Of a stretch of 64,000 nt of DNA, positions 57,269 through 64,000 are shown one piece after another (the first letter of the stretch is position 1; each line of letters starts with the position of its first letter). The stretch covers positions 1,728,001-1,792,000 of the forward strand of contig CAVYGB010000002.1 of assembly GCA_963767925.1 (NCBI GenBank), read 5' to 3'. Made by a program: the position numbers and the translations under genes. Under the pieces are notes generated by a model. It saw only the letters and a list, made by a program, of their open reading frames with translations. It searched no databases and was not told the DNA's origin. The DNA comes from an uncultured delta proteobacterium. Lineage in GTDB: Bacteria; Myxococcota_A; Polyangia; Fen-1088.

Positions 57269-59722
57269 ATGCGACTCGGTCACCTCGACGTGGGGCTGTT
57301 TCTGGTCAGCGCCTCGGCGCTGCTGATCGAGCTCTTGCTCACGCGCATCTTCTCGGTGACGATGTTTTTTCACCTGTCGTTCCTGGTTGTGTCGCTGGCC
57401 ATGCTGGGGGTCGCGGCGAGCGGGGTGGTGCTGGGGCGCTGGCCGGGGCGGTTCGCGGCGGCGGCGTTGCCGCGGCAGACCGGGTGGGCCGCCCTGGGCC
57501 TGGCCCTCGGCAGCGTGGCCGCGGTGGCCCTGGCCTTCGCGCTGCCGGTCCCGCTGCAGCCGACGGCGGGCGGCTGGGTCCGGTTGGGGCTGATCCTCCT
57601 CGCCGCCGCGGTCCCCTTCTTCTGCGCGGGCCTCGTGGTGTCGCTGATCCTGGCCCACCACACCGCCCGGGCCCACCGCGCCTGGTTCTTCGACCTGGCC
57701 GGCGCGTCGGCCGGTTGCCTCGTGATGATCCCGGCGACCGGCTGGCTGGGCGCGCCCAGCGCCGTGCTGGCCGGCGCGGCGCTGGCCGCGCTCGGGGCGG
57801 CGGCCCTGGCCGGGCGGGCGGAGCGGCGCTTGCGGGCGGCGGGGTTGCTGGTGGCGGCGGCCCTGGCCCTGGCCGCCGGGGTGAACCCGCGCCTCGGGTT
57901 CTTCGACGCCCGCTACGTGAAGGGGAGCCTGCAGCCGGCCACCCTGGCCACCCGCTGGAACGCGTTCTCCCGGGTCGACGTCCCGGGCAGCGAGGCCGAC
58001 CTGTGGCGCCTGCGCCAGCCCCGCTCCGAGGGGCTCAGCTCGCGCCTCGATCCGTCCTTCAGCGTGCCCCAGGTGGACCTGCGCTTCGACGGCGACTCGA
58101 CCTCGCGGATGCTCCACGACGGGGGCGACCTGCGGCGGGTCGGGCACCTGGCCCTCGACGTGTCGGCCAGCGCCTACGCTGTCCGCCGCCCCGAGCGGGT
58201 GCTTGTGATCGGCCCGGGCGGCGGGGTCGACGTGTTGCAGGCCCTGGTCATGGGCAGCGGCCACGTCACGGGGGTGGAGGTCAACCCGGTGGTGGTCGAC
58301 CTGCTGCGCACGCGGTTTGCCACCTTTTCGGGTGGCCTGTACAGCGGGCGGCCCGGCGTGGCGATCGCCGTCGACGACGGGCGCGCCTATCTGCGCCGGC
58401 ACGAGACGCGCTACGATCTGATCAGCGCCGTCCTCGCCGACACCTGGGCCGCCACCCCGGCGGGGGCCCACGCCCTGGCCGAGAACAGCCTCTACACCGT
58501 GGAGGCCTTCGGGGACTACCTGAGCCGCCTCACCCCCGGGGGGATGGTGGCCTTCACCCGCTGGTTCGACGAGCCGCCGGCCGAGCTGCTGCGCCTCACC
58601 CGCCTGGCGGCGGAGGCCCTGCGGCGCGAGGGGGTGACCGATCCGGCCCGGCACGTGATGGTGGTGCGCACCGATCCCGAGGAGACGGGCGCCCGCTCGC
58701 TGGCCTCGCTGCTGGTCAAGCGCGCCCCCTTCACCGACGGCGAGGTGCAGGCGCTGCGGCGGTTCGCCGGCGACCTGGGCTTCCTGCTGCCCCACCGGCC
58801 GGGCCCGCCCGGGCGATCGGCCGACGCCCGCGTCGCCGGGCTGCTGGGGCCGCGCGCGCAGGAGGTGGCGGCGCAGCTCCCCTACGACGTCTCTCCGGTG
58901 ACCGACGACCGGCCGTTCTTCTTCAGCCGGGTGCCTCTGCTGGCCTGGATCGGGGCGCGGCTGGGGCTGGCCTCGGAGCGCTGGGCGGGCGCGCCGCTCG
59001 GCCTGGGTGGGACCGCGCTGCTGCTGGTGCTGGGGGGGAGCCTGCTGGCCACGGCCGCGCTGCTGCTGGCGCCCGTGCTGGCGCGGCCGGCGGTCCCGCG
59101 CCTGCCGGGTGGGCGCCGGCGGTCGTTCCTGTGGGCGGTGTATTTCGCCGGGCTGGGGGTGGGGTTCATGGCGATCGAGGTGGCGCTGATCCAGCGCTTC
59201 ACGCTGTTTCTCGGCTACCCCATCCACGCCCTGGCGGTCGTCCTGTTCACCGTCTTGCTCGCCGCCGGGGTGGGGAGCGCGATCTCGGGGCGGGCGGCGG
59301 TGGGGCAGGGGCCGGTGCGCGTGCTGATCGCCGTCGCCGCGGGCGCGGGGGTGCTGGCGGTGTTGCTGCCCGCCACCCTGGCGCTGGCCGGGGGCCTCTC
59401 CCTGATCGGGCGCATCGGCCTCGTCGTCGCCAGCGTGGCGCCGGTCGCCCTGCTGATGGGGATGCCCTTTCCCGCCGGCCTCCGGCGCGCGAGGGCCGAG
59501 TCGCCGGCGCGGGTCCCGCGGGCATGGGCCATCAACGGCAGCGCCTCGGTGCTCGGCTCGGCGCTGGCCGTCGCCCTGTCGATGGCCAGCGGGTTCCGGG
59601 TGGCCTTCGTCGCGGGGGCCTGCGCCTACCTGGTGGCCCTCGCCGCCGCCGCGGCCCTGTTCCGCGGCGATCCGGCGCCCCTCGCCGAGGCCCGGGACGG
59701 CTCGGCCGGAGGGGCGGCGTGA
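57269..59722 (+). CDS. Polytopic membrane protein with a central spermidine-synthase-like SAM-binding domain
   Basis: N- and C-terminal TM bundles; VLVIGPGGGVDV, GVEVNP, DDGRAYL, YDLI, ENSLYTVEAF, TDDRPFF. Confidence 0.88.
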   Translation: MRLGHLDVGLFLVSASALLIELLLTRIFSVTMFFHLSFLVVSLAMLGVAASGVVLGRWPGRFAAAALPRQTGWAALGLALGSVAAVALAFALPVPLQPTAGGWVRLGLILLAAAVPFFCAGLVVSLILAHHTARAHRAWFFDLAGASAGCLVMIPATGWLGAPSAVLAGAALAALGAAALAGRAERRLRAAGLLVAAALALAAGVNPRLGFFDARYVKGSLQPATLATRWNAFSRVDVPGSEADLWRLRQPRSEGLSSRLDPSFSVPQVDLRFDGDSTSRMLHDGGDLRRVGHLALDVSASAYAVRRPERVLVIGPGGGVDVLQALVMGSGHVTGVEVNPVVVDLLRTRFATFSGGLYSGRPGVAIAVDDGRAYLRRHETRYDLISAVLADTWAATPAGAHALAENSLYTVEAFGDYLSRLTPGGMVAFTRWFDEPPAELLRLTRLAAEALRREGVTDPARHVMVVRTDPEETGARSLASLLVKRAPFTDGEVQALRRFAGDLGFLLPHRPGPPGRSADARVAGLLGPRAQEVAAQLPYDVSPVTDDRPFFFSRVPLLAWIGARLGLASERWAGAPLGLGGTALLLVLGGSLLATAALLLAPVLARPAVPRLPGGRRRSFLWAVYFAGLGVGFMAIEVALIQRFTLFLGYPIHALAVVLFTVLLAAGVGSAISGRAAVGQGPVRVLIAVAAGAGVLAVLLPATLALAGGLSLIGRIGLVVASVAPVALLMGMPFPAGLRRARAESPARVPRAWAINGSASVLGSALAVALSMASGFRVAFVAGACAYLVALAAAAALFRGDPAPLAEARDGSAGGAA

Positions 59723-60309
59723 GAGGCCGTCGCGCGTCCGGCCGCCCCGCTCCGCGGATCCTCGCCGCAGCCCGGGCTTTCTCCCTGGCTCTGGTGCTGG
59801 CGCTGGCCCTGGGGGCGGCGAGCGCCGGCTGTCGCAGCGACCGCGACGAGGACCTGAAGCCACCGCCGGGGTTCCACCTGCCGCCCGCCCAGGCCCCCGG
59901 GCGGGTCCCCCTGCGCGCCCACCGCGTCCGTTACCTCGAGGGGTTCTCCCCCGTCGAGCAGAACCCCGCCATGACCTGGCGCTGGATGGGCCGGCGGGGC
60001 GCCATCGAGCTGCCGCGCGCCGCTGGCGCGATGACCTTGCGCCTCGTCGGGTGGGTGCCCCTCGAGCTGCTCGCCGGTCCCCCTCGGGTACGATTGACCC
60101 TCGGCGGGCACCTCATAGATAGCTTCGTGCAAACCGTGACAGACGTGAGGAAGGAATACACAATCGACCAGGGCCTTGCCGTCGGCGCGGCGCGCCTGAC
60201 CCTGATCCTGGAAGTGTCACAGACCGGCCGGGCCCCGGGCGATGCGCGGGACCTCGGACTCGCGATAAACTCCCTCGACTGGCAATCTGCCAGCCCCACC
60301 GCTCCATGA
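59719..60309 (+). CDS. Hypothetical lipoprotein (beta-sandwich-like)
   Basis: GTGA overlap upstream and ATGA overlap downstream; hydrophobic signal ending ASAGC; GFSPVEQ..WRWMG; DARDLGL. Confidence 0.75.
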   Translation: MRGRRASGRPAPRILAAARAFSLALVLALALGAASAGCRSDRDEDLKPPPGFHLPPAQAPGRVPLRAHRVRYLEGFSPVEQNPAMTWRWMGRRGAIELPRAAGAMTLRLVGWVPLELLAGPPRVRLTLGGHLIDSFVQTVTDVRKEYTIDQGLAVGAARLTLILEVSQTGRAPGDARDLGLAINSLDWQSASPTAP

Positions 60310-61649
60310 AGATCGCACTCGTCTCCAACGGAGGTTTCGACCGGACCGGACGCGAGGCGGTGATCCCCGCGCTGCTCAACCTGGTCACGCGGCTGGCGCG
60401 CCGGCACGAGGTCCACGTCTTCACCCTCGCCCAGTACCCGGAGCCTTGCAGCTACCCGCTGGCCGGCGCCACCATCCACAACCTCGCCGCCCTGCCGTCT
60501 CCCCGGACCAACAGCAGCCACAGCGGCCAGCACCGCGCCGTCGCCGGCCATGGCGGCAACGGGGCCAGTGGCGGCGGCGCGGGGGCGATCACCGGGCAAC
60601 ATCCCATCGGCGGCGGATCCAACGGATCCAGCGGCGCCGCCGCCGAGCCCGCCGGCACCGGCGCGCTGGCCCCCGCCCGGACGACCGCGCGCAAGAGCAG
60701 CAACCACGCTCCGCCGCCGTCGCGGCTGCCCGGCCTCGGGATGTTGCGGGCCGTCCCGCGCCTGCTGCGCGCGATGCGGGCCGCCGGCCCGTTCGACCTG
60801 CTGCACGCTTACATGGCCGTGCCCGCGGCCACCGTGGCCATGATCGCCGCCCGCCGCCTGCGCCTCCCCTTCGTCGTGACCTTCGACGGCAACGAGCTGG
60901 TGGCCCTGCCCGAGATCGGCTACGGCCTCGGCCTCACCTACCGCGGCCGCCTGGCCCGCCGCTTCGTCGCCCGCGCCGCCGACCGCATCACCGTCAGCAC
61001 CCTGTACATGTCCGAGCTCGCGCGCGAGCACGGCCTGACCGCCGACGTGATCCCCCTGGGCGTCGACCTGGCCATGGTCCCCCCGCAGGCCCCCGCCACC
61101 GAGGGCCCGCCCTGGCGCCTCCTGCACGTCGCCAACATCAACCCGGTCAAGGACCAGACCACGCTGCTGCAGGCCCTGGCCCTGGTGCGCGCCCAGGAGC
61201 CGGCCGTGCACCTGCACATCGTCGGCACCGACACCCTGGCCGGCGCCATCCACGCCCAGTGCGACCTGCTGGGCCTGGGCGGCCACGTCACCTTCACGGG
61301 CGCCCTCCCCGCCGACGAGGTCTGGCCCTATTACGCCCGCTCCCACCTGCTGCTGCTCCCCTCGCGCCACGAAGCCGCCGGCGTCGCCGTCCTGGAGGCG
61401 GCCGCCTGCAGCCTCCCCACCGTCGGCACCGACGTCGGCTACGTCTCGGAGTGGTCCCTGCGCGGCGCCGCCCGCGCCATCCGCGTCGGCGACGCCCCCG
61501 CCCTCGCGCGCGCCATCCTCGATCTTCTGCGCGACCGCCCCACCCGCCGCCGCATGGCCGAAGAGGCCCGCGCCCTCTCCTGCGCCCACAACGCCGACTG
61601 GACCGCAGCCCGCTTCGAAGAGCTTTACCACGCCGTGATCAAGCGCTGA
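60306..61649 (+). CDS. GT4 glycosyltransferase
   Basis: MKIALV, LLHAY, VANINPVKD, SRHEAAGVAVLEAAAC, GTDVG. Confidence 0.9.
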   Translation: MKIALVSNGGFDRTGREAVIPALLNLVTRLARRHEVHVFTLAQYPEPCSYPLAGATIHNLAALPSPRTNSSHSGQHRAVAGHGGNGASGGGAGAITGQHPIGGGSNGSSGAAAEPAGTGALAPARTTARKSSNHAPPPSRLPGLGMLRAVPRLLRAMRAAGPFDLLHAYMAVPAATVAMIAARRLRLPFVVTFDGNELVALPEIGYGLGLTYRGRLARRFVARAADRITVSTLYMSELAREHGLTADVIPLGVDLAMVPPQAPATEGPPWRLLHVANINPVKDQTTLLQALALVRAQEPAVHLHIVGTDTLAGAIHAQCDLLGLGGHVTFTGALPADEVWPYYARSHLLLLPSRHEAAGVAVLEAAACSLPTVGTDVGYVSEWSLRGAARAIRVGDAPALARAILDLLRDRPTRRRMAEEARALSCAHNADWTAARFEELYHAVIKR

Positions 61650-61674
61650 CCCGCCCGCGGCTCACCGCTGCCTG

Positions 61675-61727
61675 TTTGCCCTCCCCCGCGGCCGTCTGCG
61701 GACCTGGAGAGGGCAAAGGGTGAGGGG
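61675..61727. repeat. REP-like intergenic hairpin
   Basis: TTTGCCCTC (61675-61683) pairs with GAGGGCAAA (61709-61717), followed by GGGTGAGGGG. Confidence 0.5.
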
Positions 61728-61803
61728 CGGTTGCCGGGTCCCCTGCGGGAGACGCGGGAGAACCCGGCCACGTTTTCTGCAATAGTCTCCAGCAGGAAAC
61801 CCG

Positions 61804-62826
61804 ATGGCACGCAGCGCGACCCAGGGCAGGCCGGTCCGGCTCAAGCTGGTGGCCGTCGGCCGCGAGAAGGTGTTGCTGGTGCGCTTCGTGGGGTTCCGCA
61901 ACGTCGCCCGCACCTTCGGCGACCGCCTGCGCAAGAATGGCCCCGCCAATCGCTGGTCGTTCGACGGCGAGATCTGGCGCATCCAGGGCCCCGCCGCCAT
62001 CGCCAGCGCCGTGCAGCTCCTGCGCGAGACCTGCGCCCCCCTCTACGACCCGAACCTGCAGCGCGACCTGCTCGCCCTGCCCAACCCCTGGGGCCTGCCC
62101 CAGGCCGAGCCGCGCAACTGGGCCGACAAGCCCATCGTCTACATGGCCCGCGTCTGGCACGAGCGCATGGCCGAGTCCCTGGCCTTCCAGCTCCCCCGCT
62201 ACGACGACGACTTCGTGATCGAGCTGCGCCGCCGCTTCGCCGCCCTGCAGGCCTGGCGCGAGTACCGCAAGGACCTGCAGATCTGGATCATCGCCGATCA
62301 CTACGAGCCCCTGGCCCACGACCTGCTGGACACCTTCTACCGCTGCCGCTGGGACCCGCTGCTGGGCGGCGACGAGTGGAACGTGTTGCCTCCGCTGCCG
62401 AACACCCAGTACCCCATCCGCACCCTCGACGACAGCGACTTTCGCACCCTGGGCGTGCCCCCCGGCTGCGCCATCTGGGAGATCCACGCCGCCTACCGCG
62501 ACCGCAAAGACGACTACAAGAACAACCGCATCGACGCCGACGAGTGGTACGAGGTCGACACCGCCTTCCAGCGCATCGACCACAACTACCGCCCCGACGC
62601 CCCCGAAGACGACCTCCCCGACCAGGTCGCCGCCCCCCGCGCCATCGTCCTGCTCCTCCGCGAGATCTTCCCCACCGAGCCCGATCGCGTCGCCTGGTAC
62701 CACCGCCACCAGGACGCCCTCCACGCCGTCCCCCGCGACCTCACCCTCACCCCCGACGGCGAAGCCCAGGTCCTCCGCTGCCTGGAATTCATGCGCCTCC
62801 TCCGCCCCCGCCCCCCCGGCGTGTGA
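61804..62826 (+). CDS. Hypothetical protein with a degenerate J-domain-like segment
   Basis: Very strong GC3 bias; FRTLGVPPGCAIWEIHAAYRDR...WYEVDTAFQRI resembles J-domain helices but lacks HPD. Confidence 0.8.
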   Translation: MARSATQGRPVRLKLVAVGREKVLLVRFVGFRNVARTFGDRLRKNGPANRWSFDGEIWRIQGPAAIASAVQLLRETCAPLYDPNLQRDLLALPNPWGLPQAEPRNWADKPIVYMARVWHERMAESLAFQLPRYDDDFVIELRRRFAALQAWREYRKDLQIWIIADHYEPLAHDLLDTFYRCRWDPLLGGDEWNVLPPLPNTQYPIRTLDDSDFRTLGVPPGCAIWEIHAAYRDRKDDYKNNRIDADEWYEVDTAFQRIDHNYRPDAPEDDLPDQVAAPRAIVLLLREIFPTEPDRVAWYHRHQDALHAVPRDLTLTPDGEAQVLRCLEFMRLLRPRPPGV

Positions 62827-63255
62827 CGAGGGACTGGCGGCCACCAGGGGTCGACGATGGCTGTGTCCGCTTGCGGGACGGATATCCCGGAAGCGAACGT
62901 CCCGGGCCTTCTCTCGCCTGGGCTTCGTACGGTCCCGGCACCATCCGGGCGGCAGCCAAGCCCGCAAGAAATGCCCCCATCTCGGCAGCCCCAATCCGCA
63001 GCCGCACCAGCCGCTGCCCCGCAAGCTTGGCCGAGAGGTGCCCCGTCCCGGTAAAGCTTACGCATCGAGCACCCTGATCCGGAAGATTGCCTTGCCCAAG
63101 ACGCGGGTAGTGGAGGCTTGGCTGGTCGACGGCCGTTCGCAAGTTTCCCGTTTCGGAGGTGCGCTCGTGCCGGTGACCGTGCGAGCGCAGTCCGCGGCCC
63201 CGGCGCTGATCGAACTCCGTGTCGCTGGCCTGCGGCTGCCGGTGCGCCCTTGGGA

Positions 63256-63989
63256 CAGGCGGATTTCGCCATGTCCAAGATCCCCTCGAACGAAAAGTTC
63301 GGCGGGAACCTCCTGAGGAAGGCCATCGACTGCTTCTGCCACCTGTCGGTTGCGCCAGAGTTCTATGGAAGGATCGAGAAGGCGGATCCGACCTTTGCCG
63401 CGTCTTAATTCTTTCCGAAGATGGCTTGGCTGAGGGACGTCAGGGACGACATCTACGATCCGTCGTACACGGACATGCTTCGGGTGGCCTTCAGCTCCGA
63501 GTTCAGGGGTGGAAAGCTGCAGGACTTGGTCGTGCTCCTCTCGGGACGAAACTTCGAGACCAAGGAGTTCGAGGAGGCCATCGCCGAGCAATCGTTCGCA
63601 CGGCTGAAGCAGGGAATCCTTGCGTTCATGAACAAGGCCCATTTCGAGCGCCTGGTCATGATCCTGCGATCGGCGGGGTTCGTGGCGAGTTCCCTGATCA
63701 GTGGGTACACGCCCAGATCGCGAATTACGCGCTCACCCAGAGCGAGATCAACATCGCGATCGGAGCCAAGCCGCCCGACACCTATTTTGGCCAGCTCGCA
63801 GGGCAGTGCCGCGGCGAGAAGGCCAAGTACGGCGGTATCGTCGATATTGACGTGATGAAAGCGAACCTGGCCTCCCATTGCGTCCCCGTTGAAATGCTGG
63901 ACGGGGCGGTCCCTGGCTACGAGGATTTTCTCGATCAGCGCCGGCGTCTCATGGCGGCGAAGCTCAAGAAGTACTTCGAACAGCTTTGA
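63256..63989 (+). pseudogene. Decayed DUF262 / GmrSD-type restriction nuclease gene fragment
   Basis: ADFAMSKI...[15 protein letters not shown], in-frame TAA at 63406-63408, then [13 protein letters not shown]...LLSGRNFET in the same frame. Frame change near 63710 to [17 protein letters not shown]...YEDFLDQRRRLMAAK. No N-terminus. Family recognised from memory. Confidence 0.75.
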
Positions 63990-64000
63990 ATGACGTTGAG

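Noticed and set aside
63038..63316. 92-aa ORF upstream of the DUF262-type fragment
   Set aside because: Could be another gene remnant, but no motif was recognised.
63406..63408. Recoded stop codon in the DUF262-type gene
   Set aside because: The codon is TAA, not TGA or TAG, and the gene has other lesions.

Overview
High-GC bacterial chromosomal window, most likely from a myxobacterium (Myxococcota). This is inferred from the 16S sequence and gene repertoire, not from a search. Left part (1-15.5 kb) is housekeeping: a partial membrane sensor gene, HNH nuclease, PIN-PhoH, hemD-hemB, a complete rrn operon (16S, tRNA-Ile, tRNA-Ala, 23S, 5S) with promoter and terminator, tyrS and mobA. The 15.7-25 kb stretch holds oxidoreductases, GST, secreted proteins and a DUF1592/DUF1552 pair. 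From 25 to 61.6 kb lies a dispersed surface-glycan modification locus: two cobalamin radical SAMs, several glycosyltransferases (one fused to a nucleotidyltransferase-like domain), two O-antigen-ligase-like proteins, a priming transferase, an amidohydrolase and a spermidine-synthase-like membrane protein. It is interrupted by treZ/ROK kinase and by a 13-kb signalling block. That block is the best candidate for an undescribed system: ECF sigma, zinc-finger-type anti-sigma, a caspase-like CHAT protease (apparently frameshifted) and a papain-like protein lacking catalytic residues, followed by an aldehyde dehydrogenase and a kinase-AAA-GAF-phosphatase protein. The window ends with a J-domain-like protein and a decayed DUF262/GmrSD-type gene. 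Family assignments come from motif recognition by eye.
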